Below, in pieces: positions 50,468-64,000 of a DNA stretch of 64,000 bases. A program made the position numbers and the translations under genes. The notes beneath the pieces are model-generated. The model searched no databases. It was not told where the DNA came from and saw nothing but the letters and a program-made list of their open reading frames with translations. Source of the stretch: Tubulanus polymorphus (Eukaryota; Animalia; Nemertea); NCBI RefSeq assembly GCF_964204645.1, contig NC_134032.1:10776275-10840274 (forward strand), read 5' to 3'. The number at the start of each line of letters is the position of its first letter. Position 1 is the stretch's first letter.

Positions 50468-52586
50468 ATGACTGCAATCTTCTACGGGATGCTATTGGTA
50501 GTCGCGTTCGTGTTGGCGCCGGTGGCAGTAATGGCGGACCCTCCCGTCTTATCAGACTCAGTACCAGGTAAAACGTGTTTATTTTTGTTAGCAGTGTTAG
50601 CTTCTATACTTTTCCCAGTAATTATGAAACAACGGCACCAAACGTATAAATGTGGCCAGGGTTTATTTAACAAAGCATTCAGTGCTGTAGATACGTATCG
50701 AATTATTCTTATAAATTAGTTAATTTATTCTACGAACCTATAAATGCTTCTTCAAGTAGCGTATATTAGTAGCCTATCCGGCGAGAGCTAGAATTTATGA
50801 ATATAGCGCTAATATCTAGTGAATTTGTCAAGCACCAAAAAAGTCATGATTTTATCTATTTTAGTGTGTTTCAAAGACACTGATGTTGTTCTCATGCTGG
50901 ACCAGAGTGGAAGTCTGAGAAACGGAATAAATAATCAAGGACCAAACCACATACCGACTGTCAGGAAAGCAGCGGGAGACATCGTCAAAGGCTTGCCGCT
51001 TCCTGTTGAAAATAATCCAGCGATTTTCGGGGTAACAACAAAAATATCGAAAGCCCATCGCACATGTATAGGGAAATACGGAAACAGGAGGCTGAAACAT
51101 GTTTCCGTGTGTCGTCACGAGGAACGAGAACCACATTGATTCCGAGATCAAAGATTATTGTTTCCGTGTTTCTGTGGTAACCTGCGTCGTGTGCGTTGGA
51201 CTTAAGCTATAATGGACGGCTTTCGATGCTTATCGGTTTACCGGTCAACCATTGGTTTAGGACGCAGCTATTTTGAAGGCACTTCCTGTAAAAGGAAGTC
51301 ACCAAAAGGGACATTTTGACAAACTAAAATTTTTGATAGCCTATTTCTTAAAAATTGAATTTTCCATTAACGATTAGCTGATCACGTAACAACTATGGAA
51401 CAAATGATTTTAAGCTTAAAATCGTTGTACTGATTGGAAATATGAATTATGCCATAGCAACTAAACAACAAATCTTTGAGTTTAACTTAACTTGACCAAT
51501 CAGAATATTTTATGAATAATTTTACATTAAATATAAGCTTTCTGATTTGAGTTTTTTTTCTAAGTTATCTTTTAGGTAGACGCGTATAGATTATCATGTT
51601 CATACGGTATTTCCATATTAACAATGTATATTGTTTATTCTCAGATGGGGGTGTACATGTTTTCGGGAGCAGCTGAACAGCTCATAGTTCAACAAATGAC
51701 CGAGTTGCAAACGATGCAAGACGTTGATAATATCGTGACTAAAATCGATAATGCAAACATTAACCACGGCCAGACGCATACAGATACAGCGCTGAAGAAT
51801 GTCCGAGAACAGGTAGATTGATATACTTGTCTCAGAAAGAACCACCTTGTACTTTCATCACAATTTTGAAATTGAGTATCAGATTATAGTTATTGTCACA
51901 TGATTTGGCATCGTTGCGTGCAAGGGTTTAGTTGCCTTTGCACTATTGGTGATGCAACCGAATCCATCATTTGGTCATTAGTACTTCTCGAGAGAGATAC
52001 GTGGCAAAATTTCAATCAGATCTTGATGTGCAGGTGAATACGTAAACTGATTCATTACTCACACGCCACAGTAAGAACATCGAAAATCTTGACCATAGCG
52101 TGCTGCCCCTATATAAACCATTGGCGGTGAATACGTGAACTAAACGAGTACTCGCATGCCACTGTAAGAATATTGAGCTGTGTAAAATGATGCTCGTTGG
52201 ATATGTGCATTTTTCCTCGAAATTCCCCCAAATCATCATGAAATATTTTCATTCATTTTCAGATGTTGCCGAACAGTCGCCCAGACGTGAACAACACGGT
52301 CGTATTGATCACTGACGGCGAAATCTTCAAAGGGAACGAGTTTATTGATATCGCAGAAGGCTTATTGCTCGAGCAGGCGGATAAACTACGAAGCCCCAAC
52401 ACCCGCATCATCGGGGTCGGGGTCGGAGCAAAACTGCCGCAATTCAAGGAGCAGTTGAAGAAAGTGGTCAGTCAACCGGTGAACGCAAACTACTTCGAAA
52501 TAGAAGATTGGGTCAACGTCGAGCATTTTCTGGCGAGCACGATCGTGGCCACGATAACATGTCCTCCGATGTGCCCACCGCAGTAA
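50468..52586 (+). CDS. Secreted single von Willebrand A domain protein, copy 1; exons 50468-50567, 50865-51031, 51645-51812, 52263-52586 (about 252 aa)
   Basis: Signal peptide; MIDAS DQSGS..T..TDG; IIGVGVG; TATAAATA at about 50220 and UTR donor at 50301. Confidence 0.88.
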
Positions 52587-53399
52587 CAAGTCAAATCATA
52601 CAGATGAGCCCTATATCTGTTCATCTATATTCAGTCGTATTCCGAAGAAACGTCATATGAAATCAAGCAATAAACGTAAACATTTACGAAAAAGTGACTT
52701 CGTTTTTGTCATCTCGTCCGAGCTCATGTATTCGCCGCTGAAATATAGAGGCAGAACGTGACAATCAAGGTCAAACGCTGCTCGATATTCCAACTGTGGC
52801 ATGCGAGTGGTAATAATACGTCGGTTTATAGTCAGGATCGGATCGGAGCGTTTTGCCAACAATGATAAACCAACAAGACCCACGTCAAGACATCATGCCT
52901 GTTAAATCTGCAATAGGCCTTTCTATCTTTCCTACCCATGTTTTTATCTATCACAAATCCTCCTTTGAAAATACGAAATTGCACTAGACATTTTTACGAA
53001 ACTAATGTTAATCTAACACGTCAAAGGCTTGGTCAGTTTGATTTGAATAACCTCGATAATATGAACCCTGACAACGCGAATAGTTCATTTATCGATAGAT
53101 TACATCATTAACGAGGTTTCACCTAAGCAACTAAAAATGGCACGAAAAATCAAAATTACCTTAACCCTGGATGACTAGAGGGAAATTTAGATATTCCAAA
53201 AAAAGGGTTAGATTGTATAGAGCTTCTATAGGACTTGATAAAAGCTCTGTTGAATATCAGAACTTTGTTACCGAAATAGATATAATCAGATGAAACGTAC
53301 TGCTGAAAAATCCTACAAACAGTCACCGAAAATCCGATCATCCAGAAACTAAAGCACAGTCTTGCCGCTGACTAACACTCAATCTTCTGCTCCGCCCTC

Positions 53400-56300
53400 T
53401 CTCCTTCCTGTCATCTCCACTGCCCGCCCCTCTCTTCTTTTATCCTCTCCCCTCCCTGTTCCTGGTTTACAATTCTTGTGAATTTCCGATAGTGGGACTT
53501 AACCACGGACCCGTTACCGAGTGGTAGTTTTGGCAGATCTTTACATTTACATTCCTTCAAAATGACAGTCAATTTTTGAAAATGCTCCATGGTTTGTGTA
53601 GTCAAACTCGCGGCTTCATTTTCTGCTGACTAATTCCTCCATTTTGCCATCCCTGAATCCATCTTCCTAACAGTTGTTACTGTAAATATCTCAATAAGGA
53701 GCTAAACCAAAGCCCTGTTACTGACATTCCTGTAGATTTCCACACACTTCCTTTTTGGTCAAACTAACAGCCAAGATTTTGCAAATCCACCACGAATTCG
53801 AACAGTCACAGCAGCTGAAAGAACACCACATTTTCTATCCAAGAACTGGAAGAGTCAGGCATCAAAAACCACGGAGCTTTTCTATTTAATTAAACCCGAT
53901 GAAAGATAACAGTTTTATAGATAAAACAGATTCGACCTCTCGATTCGGACATTTTTTTATAGTATTTTTTATGCTAAACACATTTCGTAGTGAACTGATG
54001 ATTAAAATATCTAATAATGAGTCTTCGACTGCGGCTGCCCGACAAAATTAAACTCTATGAGTTTGCTTACGTCCAATCGTGTATCTGGAACAAAATTCCT
54101 CACAGATCTCGGCAAAAGTCCGATACCAAAGGTCAAAACGTTGAATATTAACTCGTTTAACTTACTGCATAAGTGAGTTCTCCCTCCATCGATTCGAATC
54201 TGAGACTAAGATTCATTTTTTGATTCGCGTTCATAATCAGAGCACGAAATTTCGGTCAAAAATGATTTCAAAATTGTATTTACGCATTTTGAATGACTGC
54301 GGTATTCTGTATCTACCTCTTGATACTCATGCGGAATACAGAAATTCTTCCTTCGGATTTCTAGGCCGAGTCAAGATTCATTTTTCAATCACTTTAAAAA
54401 TCTATGTATGAAATCTCAGTCAAAAGCCATTTCAAAGTATAACCGTATTTCAAGTTCAGCCCAGTCAATGTACATAGAAAAATACCAACAAAGAAAAACC
54501 AAAACAAACCGCAAATATTTAATATTTCGATGTTAAACTCACTCAGATAAAAATCACAAGTCTCTCGACAGATTCCTTATTCCCATAGAAATTCCATTAT
54601 CAATTTCATAATTAAGTAATTTAGATAAGATCTTAAAAGATCACGTATAAACATTGCTGCAGTGGGTATCAACTACACAATGTTAAAAGGCACAAATAAT
54701 CCATACATATTCTATAGTAAAAATCTATATATACCTAAGAGGTTGAGTTTAAGATAAAGAAAGGTATCAGATATACATCAAATGGTTAACCATTTTCGAG
54801 ATAAGTATCTGATGACGATGATACACCGATCTTTTGTGAGGAGTATCTCTAGAACCTAGATCAAAAAACCTTTTCCGAGCAGCCTTACGTTGTTCCTTTC
54901 TCTCTCTGTACGGCCGTTTCTTTTATTTCATTTTTTGTCCTTTTTTTCTATTTTTCATATATTTGCGAACCGAGCTTTTCTGAGCTTATATGCGTGCGTG
55001 CTTTTTTCTATCAGAGGCGGGAGGCTCAAAGCACATCCTCGGACACGCAGTGAACTTGTCCCTTCGTACAAAGTGACCTCATCAATCACAATATACTCAG
55101 ACCCCTGTGTATATTCGTTCGCTGCGAGAGGCGGGGGCCCAAAGCACATCCTCGGACATGCAGTGATCTTGTCCCTTCGTACAAAGTGATCAATCACAAC
55201 GTACTCAGACCCCTCCTGCTGTTTGTAAGGGAGTCCACATCTAGCGGATCATACCCTGAAGCACTTGTCGTGATGAGCGACATAAGTTCGCTTATTACTT
55301 ACCTGTATCTTAATTCTTATTATTTCATTTTCTCTTTCATATATGTTTCTATTTCTTTCATATATTTTCTTCCCGCCGTTTTGAGAAAACGTTGCTCGGA
55401 AAAGGTTGGGCGTGCGTGCAATACCCTTTTGGCACAAACTATAAGAGATTTACTCAACACGATCCAATAAGCAATTCAAAATTCAGGTGAATCATCGCAC
55501 ATCAATTCCGGGTTCGATCCCCGAACTTATGTATTACTCGTCAACCATAGATTCAAACCGGGTTCAAACCCCGGACTACTGGTCTACTGGTTAACTAAAG
55601 GATATAGAATAATACCGGGTTCAAACCCCGCGCTACTGGACTACTGGTTAACTAAACGATATACAATAATACCGGGTTCAAACCCCGGACTACTGGACTA
55701 CTGGTTAACTAAACGATTTAAAATGATACCGGGTTCAAACCCCGTACTAATGTTTTACCGGTTAATTTGAAAATATAGATGACCCGGTCCATACCCAGGA
55801 CCAATGTTTTACTGGTTAACTAAACGTAATAAAATGATTCCGGGTTCAAACCCCGGACTAATGGTTAACTTGACAATTTAGCAGTTTACCGGGTTCAAAA
55901 CCCGGACTACTGAATAGCTCAACAATAGATTCATACTGGGTTCGAAACACGGGCAGCACCAGCTAGTAAAAAGTCTACCATCAAAACTTGTGAACGAAAC
56001 GTCTTGTATAGGGTTGTGAATAACTCCTCTCCAAATACAGAATTGGAAAAAAATATTTGGAGATTGATTATAGATATTTCAATTAAATGAGAATTTTTGA
56101 TTCGGTATTTTTCTGTACAACTAACAAGGACGAACTCTAACTACAGCCCTGCGCCGAAATACGTATTCAAATCGGGATATTCCGACCGTGCATGAGCTCT
56201 TTCAGAAATACAGTCAATGTATCAGCGACAAAAGTACTCTTTATTTACTCTTTATATAGAAAAGTGCAGAAACGATAATCTCGTTCTGTTCAGTGATTTT

Positions 56301-57275
56301 GAATATGCATCTTAACACGTTCACACGGAGCCATAAGTTGATTCAAAATATATATGAGTTTAAAAACTCTCAAAAGTCGCTTCATGTGTTTTGAACTAAT
56401 TTTTCGATTTAGCTCATAATCATGTAACGGAATGTATTCAAAGTATTCCGCAATTTTGAAAACATCTCCTCAAATTTTTCGCCTATATTCATATACCAGA
56501 AATAATCTACGCAAGTTTTATCACATACACACAAAGATACATGAAAATGCGTGTACCTATAAGCAAGCATCAAATGAATTTTGAAATCACGAAATATCTG
56601 AAGTCAGCCAAATACGCAATCTACTTAACATGAAAAATACGAGACAAATTTCTTCCATCGAGACACGTCGAATCTGTTTTATCTATAGAGATTTAAATCA
56701 GGTATATTTGATAGTTTCCATCGGAAAGAAGAACTCATTGACTGCTATCTTAGTCAAAACAGTAGAAAAAATCCTGTATGCTTTGGTTGTTGATTTATCA
56801 AATAGTGGACCTCGGAGCCCTGGCATCTGCCAGTTTGTGATAGAAAATGCATCAGTTCTTCCAGAAACTTTGCTGTTAGTTTGGGACGATTCGAACTCTT
56901 GTTGGATTTGCAAAAAATGACTGTTGGTTTGACGAAAAAGAAGTGTGGAAATCGGTACAGAAAAGTCGGTAACAGGGCTGTGGTATAGTTCCACAATGGG
57001 ATATTTACAGAAACAACAGCCAGGAGGCGGGAGACGGGGAAGGCAAAATGGAGTGATTAGTCAGCAGAAATGTAGCTATGAGTTTGACAACACAAACCAT
57101 GGCGATTTCTCAAAAATCGACTGTCAATTTGAGGCGATGGAAATATGAAAATCTGCTAAAACTATCACTAAGTAACCGGACAGCGGTTTTGTCTCACAAT
57201 CGGATATCAACACGAACCATAGGCCAAGAAGAGGGAATGAGGGGATGACAGAAGGAAGGGCATGGGCAGTGGGGA
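53400..57275. mobile_element. Non-autonomous long-TIR (foldback/MULE-like) element, ~550-bp inverted arms
   Basis: About 53400-53945 is the inverted copy of about 56658-57275 (e.g. ccatggtttgtgt..tcaaact / agtttgacaacacaaaccatgg); exact ends and TSD not resolved. Confidence 0.7.
55508..55955 (+). repeat. ~57-bp tandem array, each unit with a tRNA T-arm/B-box (CCGGGTTCAAACCCCGG)
   Basis: About 9 units starting near 55508, 55558, 55615, 55672, 55729, 55783, 55839, 55888, 55936. Confidence 0.85.
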
Positions 57276-57949
57276 GGATTGTGGTTTAGCTTGAACACAA
57301 ACCAAGGGTAGGGAGGAGGGGAGGTTGATAAAAATGAGGGGTATAGTTAACAGGACTGGGTTTAGATTTACACCAACTACGAAGAGAACGGGTGAAAGAA
57401 GGGAGGGGGAAGACAGCGATGGGGGAGGGAGAAGGCCTGAATGAGTTGTCAGAAAGAGGGCTCATAGACAGTAAGATCATTGCATGACTGTGACCAGTAT
57501 GGTTTCACGATATCCGAAAACTAACTTTTAAATACTATGAATTATGTAAATATGAATTTAAGTTTGAGTCAAATTGTAAAACCGTCAAAAATAGAAGGAA
57601 TGCACCTCACCACAATATCATACGAGCTGAAATTCATTTCTCTGCCGTCTTTCTTCTATCGGCCATAATATTCGCCATCATCATCTCAACGCTTGTGGTT
57701 ACTGTTAGCATCCTTAAAGATATGAGTTAGTTTCAGCTAGACGTGCCTTAATTCAAACTGTTTAGTTCTGGTGAATCCGGTTTGCGATAAGGAAAGGTGG
57801 TCAATATGGCCACCCGCAGTAGTGTAGTGTATACGGACTACAAATGTAAATCGAGAGCGACGACGGTCACTTTGAATACGAATTCACCGTCTGCTGAACA
57901 ATATTCAACCTTGACCACAACGTCGTATACGACTTACGACCCGATCCGA

Positions 57950-60900
57950 TCGTTGGGTCGGAGGGAAGCGAGTCTGCGTCAGACTCGATTTTTTAATCGG
58001 GAACATTTTCGACAGAGTTTACTTTCCGACCACAAGGATAGAATAAGTTTTATTTTCTACGACCCGATCAGATCGTCGTAGCCAATCAGCGACGGGTTTT
58101 GCATCACATGTCTTTAAGACTCGGCGATGATCGAGTCGTATTTATGTCGACCCGAGTGCTCCTAGGATCGTGAGACAAATGAATCGGCAATCAGTGGTCA
58201 TACGACGATTTAGTCGGGTCGTAAGTCGACCTTAGCTTAGCTATAAATAGACTATTTTCTTCACAACCTTCCTCGGCAAATTTTCCCCCAAAAATGGTTT
58301 TGTTCGTAATTGCAATCCATAATTGCTATTATCAGCCTATATTCAGATATTTCATAATTTTTCTTTAAAATACTAACTAAACTTTTTGTACATATCCCTC
58401 TTAAAGGCCTCTTTAGGAGGGATGTGCGAAAATGATTATGATTATTATTTCAATATCTACTAATTATCAGCGCTAAGCTAATCAAAGTTACTTTTTAAGA
58501 CCTTGCCGGCTCTGCAGTTCACTGATGTCGCTTGTACCTCGCAACTGGTTGACCTTGGAGTGATAACTGAAGGTTAACTCACTTGAGCGGCAATCCTTTT
58601 TCGTCTGGATGGAATGCAATATAAGCTTTATACACTTAGCTTTATACACTTTAGTTACATAACATCGCAACACACGTCAACCACGTATCCCACGCAGCTG
58701 GCACTTCTGTCGAGTGCGCTTGTTCAAATTGCCGTTCTACAGTAACGTGAGCAATTCCAGTCGATAAATTCAACAAGCTGTAAAAATTGGGAATTGAAAT
58801 TTGACCAAACTAATTCTTTTAACTCCAGCGTCCATCCTATCAAACCAGAATGGTGGACCTAGGCCTTGAGTTACATACAATTAATGGGAACCGCAAGAAT
58901 CCACCACCATCGTCCAAGATAATGCATTTCAAATTTCAACTTTCGAACTAGATTTTTTGCTTCTATATCCAAAGGTTATCACTTGAACCACCGAATATTG
59001 ATTACAATGATAGTTTTCTTCAAGATTATTTGCTTTTAAAAGAAATATAAATAATCTTTACAGGTATATAAGGGGCGGATACACGGGCTAATTTTGAAGA
59101 ACCCGTCACATCCTAAAAGGGCTCATTGATGATGTCCATTATTAGGCAATATTAGGCGTACTCCCGAACAAAAATACACCAATTTTCATCGTTGACAAGA
59201 TGAAAAAGGGCACGTGGAAGACCGAAAAACTACAAGCAGACCTGGTGGATCCTCTTTTGGAATCTTCGATTGCCGCAGTAGCACACATCAACTCGCGCTT
59301 CGATGAACGAACGTAGGTGTTTCACGGATCGAAAATTGAAATTCAACATCCGTATAGTAAGAGGAACCAAGATCGTTACCGTCCAGTGAGCATGCGCAGG
59401 ACGCAACTACCGGCGTATATTTCAAACTGTAAACGTCACCAACCCTAGCCCTCCAAACCAAAGAAAATCACTAATCCCAGAAGAAGGGAAATGTTTCAGC
59501 GAGTAAATTCGATTTCAGTTATCATTTTTGTAAGTGATTTGTCCAATCGTAAAAGAAAATGGTTTTTTTAGGCCTATATAGTTCGTGTTTTATGCCCAGG
59601 CCATACACAGGGAGACACAACCCGGAAAAAAGAAACAGAAAGTATTTCGTGTGTGATGCTCCGAAACAAGAAGAGTCGAAACAACCCAAAAAAGCGTTTC
59701 TGTTTTATGTTTCGGGTGAACCGTCTTACTACGGTTTAGAGAAAGAGGTTTGTGAGAAAATATTATGAAAAAATATTTTTCAATATATATTTTAAAAATA
59801 TTCATATAAATTATAGATATGACGGGGAAGAAATTAAAAACCACATCGAGTTATCGATAACCAATATAAAAACGACCGGCAGCTATTCGTTCGGTATAAA
59901 TAACACCACATTTCCCCGGTCCAGACATCAACTATTGTTTCAGTAACCAACACTGTATTCGTGCTGTAATTTAAAGGTAAGTTGCGTAAACCTCATCATG
60001 ATTTTGTTCGTCTTCTATGAAACTGCAAATTATCTACGTCTGCTGGTCTGTGATTAGTTAAGTCACAAGCGGGCGGTCGAAGTGTTCACGCCATTTTCTT
60101 CTGAAAGGTATTTCATTCAATTTATTTCTATTAATTTCTATTTCACGTTCAGCTGAAAGAAAATGACTGCAATCTTCTACGGGATGCTATTGGTAGTCGC
60201 GTTCGTCTTGGCGCCGGTGGCAGCAATGGTGGAACCTCCCGTCTTGTCGGACTCAAAACCAAGTAAAACGTGTTTATTTTTAAAAGCAGTGTTAGCGTCT
60301 ATAATTTTCGGTGATGGTAAAACAAACGGCACCAAACATATATAAATTTATGTACACAAAGTCCAACAAAGCATTCAGTGTTATAAATACTTTTTGAATT
60401 TTTTTATTATTGAATTATTATTATTATTTCAAAAGGGAAAAAATTAATAACTTACCAACCTATACATGCTTTTTTCAGGCACAGTATATATTAGTAGCCT
60501 ATCCGGTGACAGCTAGAATCTATGAATATAGCGCTAATCTATTGAATTCGTCAAATCCCAGAGCAGTCATGATTTTTCCAATTTTTAGTGTGTTTGATAA
60601 AGAACGATGTTGTTCTCGTGCTGGACCAGAGTGGAAGTTTGAAAAACGGAATAAATGGACAAGGACCAGACAACATACCGACTGTCAGGAAAGCAACGGA
60701 AGACATCGTCAGGGGCTTGCCGCTTCCTAAAGCTCAAGGCGATTCCGCAATTTACGAGGTAACAAAAAAATGTTGAAAGCACATCGCACATGTACAGGAA
60801 AACACTGAAACAGGAGACATGAACATGTTTCCCTATGTCATCACGAGAGCCGAGAAATATGGTTTTGAGAACATTTTGTTTCCGAGATCAAACATGTTTG

Positions 60901-62550
60901 TTTCCGTGTTTCTGTATTTTCCTGCGTCGTGTGCGATGGGCTTGAAGCTTATGGATGACTCACCGGTCTACCGGTCAACCATTGGTTTAGGATTTAAAAT
61001 TCGAATTAAGCGAAAGAAACTAAACAAAAAATCTCTGAGTTTAACTTAACTTGACCAATCTGAATACTTTATGAATAATTCTGAATAGATATAAGCTTTA
61101 ACTGGTAATTCATTTTAGAATGTTTTTCTAAATCATCTTTTAGGTAGAAGTGTATAGGTGGTCATATCTATACGGTATTTCCATATCAATAATGTACTAA
61201 ATTGTTTTTTGTTCAGGTCGGGGTGTACATGTTTTCGGGAGCTGATGAACAGCTCATAGTTCAACAAATGACCGAGTTGCAAACGACGCAAGACGTTGAT
61301 AATATCGTGACTAAAATCGATAATGCAAAAATTAACCACGGCCAGACGCATACAGATACAGCGCTGAAGAATGTCCGAGAACAGGTAGATAAATATTATA
61401 GTCTCAGAAAATACCACCTGTAACCACATCCCAATCCAGCGATAAAGTACAACATCTGTTATGAGTTATGGACTCGCAAGTAATCGAGATCCGTTGGATG
61501 CGGAGTCTCAGAATAAGTTAATTTTACGAATCTTTCCAAAAACGGACCATTTCAACTCATTAAAAACTGGCATCTAAATAAAAGTCAACTTGCTGAATAT
61601 CTCGGCGATCATCACTCACTATGTACTTCCATCGTACTTTTAAAATTGAATTAACAAATTAGTTATTGTCACATGATTTGGCATCGTCGCATGCCAGGGT
61701 TTGGTTGCCTTTGCGCTATTGGTGATGCAACCAAACCCATCCTGGTAGTACTTGTCGAGAGAGATGCGTAAGAATCTTGACCATCATGTGCTGCTCCCGA
61801 ATGGTGAATATGAGAACTAATTCACTTCTCACATGTCACAGTAGGAAAATCGAAAATCTTGACTATCACGTGCTGCCCCTATATAAACCATTGGCGGTGA
61901 ATGCGTGAATTAATCGAGTACTCGCATGCCACTGTAAGAATATTGATCTGCGTAGAATTCTGCCCATTGAATATGTGTATTTTCCCTAGAAATTCCCCCA
62001 AATCATCATACAATATTTCATTCACTTTCAGATGTTGCCGAACAGTCGCCCAGACGTGAACAACACGGTCGTATTGATCACAGACGGCGAAATTTACAAA
62101 GGGAACGAGTTCATTAATATCGCAGAAGGTTTGTTGCTCGAGCAGGCGGATAAACTACGAAGCCCCAACACCCGCATCATCGGAGTCGGGGTCGGAGCAA
62201 AACTGCCGGAATTCAGAGAGCAGTTGAAGAAAGTGGTCAGTCGTCCGGTGAGCGAAAACTACTTCGAAATAAAAGATTGGGAAAACGTCAAGAATTATAT
62301 GGGGGAAGCGATCACGGCCACTTTGATATGCCCCCCGCCGTGCCGAATGAAATCATACAAATGAATCCTTTATCTGTTCATCTATATTCAGTCGTATTCC
62401 GATGAAACGTCATATGAAATCAAACAATTAACGTAAACATTTACAAAAAAATCACTTTGTTATTGTCATCTCGTCTGGAGTTCATATCATATTTGCCCCT
62501 GAAATATTACGGCAGAACGTGGCAGTCAAGGTCAAACGAAGCTCAATATT
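57950..62550 (+). repeat. Segmental duplicate of about 47100-52800 (VWA gene plus upstream region)
   Basis: Colinear similarity in upstream DNA, introns, exons and 3'UTR. Confidence 0.85.
60163..62364 (+). CDS. Secreted single VWA domain protein, copy 2; exons 60163-60262, 60589-60758, 61217-61384, 62032-62364 (about 256 aa)
   Basis: Same exon structure and MIDAS as copy 1; TATAAATA at about 59895. Confidence 0.88.
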
Positions 62551-63485
62551 CTTACTCAACTTCAACTCAATTTAGATTAATTTCATAAGGAAGCATGTTT
62601 TAGGAATATTAACTAACAGAACAAAAATGAAAATTGAGAAGGCTTTCACATGAGGGCCAAGCAAAGGCCGCTACAGCCAGCACCCAAGGAAAAACAAAAA
62701 GATAGAAAACAAGAGAAGAGAGAAAGGACAATAAAAAAAGAATGAGGCCGAGTTAAGCGTGAGAGAGCCGTTTTGTTACAATATCATTGATCACTTGAGT
62801 CAAATTAACTTAGGGTCAATGCGGACAACCTTCGCGCTCGTATCGAGCTGAAATATAAGATGATATTTTTTCTTACAGAGTACTTTTTTCAAGCTAGTTA
62901 CTTTTTCTCAATTTCGACAAATCAAGGTATCTTAAAGGATGAAGGAATGGGATCGATGGTATACGTTCATGAGAATTTAGTTACGTAGTGAATATTCAGT
63001 AAAGATCGGTAATGTACTGTGTACCAGAAATCTTAAAAAAACCGTTCAACTGCTGGAAAAGAGTAAAATTGTCATACCACAGCGGAAATTGCACCAAAAT
63101 AAACAACCTAACTTTTCCCGTAATTAAGTGTGTTCCCGGAAAAAATCCCATTCATATCAATGAATTATAATCAATGAAAAGCTTTGTTATCAACTTTCAC
63201 TGAAAATATTACAAAGAAACACATTCGATAAAATCAGACATCATTTACCAAATCAAGAGGCCCCATTAGAGGCACATTAACAACGAGATGAAATCTTATT
63301 TGCACGGTGCGAAAAAATTACTTATCGTTTAAATGAAAATCGCAACCCCCGACCTGACTCTAAATGCAACTTCACCATAACTACTAGGGACAAATTTGGG
63401 CGAAATAAACGAAACCCTAATGTCACGTGTTAGCATCAACGCATTCTCCCTCGATAGGGATTCGTACCTGGTGGCACCGCTTATA

Positions 63486-63727
63486 GGGCGAACTTCGGTT
63501 ATCGGAGTTAGTCGACTATAGTCGAACTAAACGAAACCAAATGTCCGTTAGTCTGAACTATCGTCCGGATATGGTCGACCACGGGATTGGGCACGGTCGC
63601 TGTAGTTCCGACCCATTTCCATGGCCGAAAGTGTGAAATTTTACGTTACGACCGAACTATGGTTACCGAGCGTTCGGATATTAGTTCCGACCACTAGTCG
63701 ACTAGCTACGAAAACCGAAGTTGGCCC
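63486..63727. mobile_element. Palindromic MITE, probable TA TSD
   Basis: ta|gggcgaacttcggtt...aaccgaagttggccc|ta; internal tagtcgacta motifs. Confidence 0.75.
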
Positions 63728-64000
63728 TATTGCAGTGGCAGCCCCGATGTCATCAGGGTCCTCTTATTATGTTTATTTGATTGGTTGATTTGGTGTGATT
63801 TGATTTTGTGTCCCTTACAAATCGATCACGCCTGCCGGGAACGAAACAGGGGGTTCGATTTTGAAATCGGAAATAAGAGTATAGCCAGTGAGACAGCATT
63901 TCGAGCAAGACGGTGAAATAATTGGAGGTGTTACATACAGATTAATCGAATGACTTGTTTAAATCTATTCACAAGCAACTTGTATAGTAACGAACCACAC

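Noticed and set aside
53400-57275. Autonomous transposon or viral insert
   Set aside because: No transposase, integrase or RT-like ORF in the ORF track.

Overview
Eukaryotic (metazoan, probably marine invertebrate/lophotrochozoan by inference) genomic DNA with GT-AG introns. The left 22 kb is one minus-strand gene with a lola/mod(mdg4)/fruitless-like layout. Two shared coding exons (20851-20698, 20119-19061; about 404 codons) carry no BTB domain. They start with an unrecognised 51-aa module and end in a phase-1 donor. At least nine alternative terminal exons follow, each opening with an in-frame phase-1 acceptor and encoding a different pair of C2H2 zinc fingers; the array may continue left of the window. 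The 3' splice site of each variable exon can be base-paired or enclosed by a local inverted repeat: seven are readily seen (two with perfect 17-bp stems) and two are weak. This suggests RNA-structure control of exon choice. Next are MED30 (minus strand, five coding exons) and a 9.4-kb TIR-bounded unit containing one intact and two broken rhodopsin-type GPCR genes. After that come two more intact GPCRs, an EPN-type C-type lectin gene and two tandem secreted single-VWA genes separated by a long-TIR element holding a tandem tRNA B-box array. Many MITEs, SINEs and minisatellites are present. All gene models were assembled by hand from splice signals and frame arithmetic; no transcript or database evidence was available.
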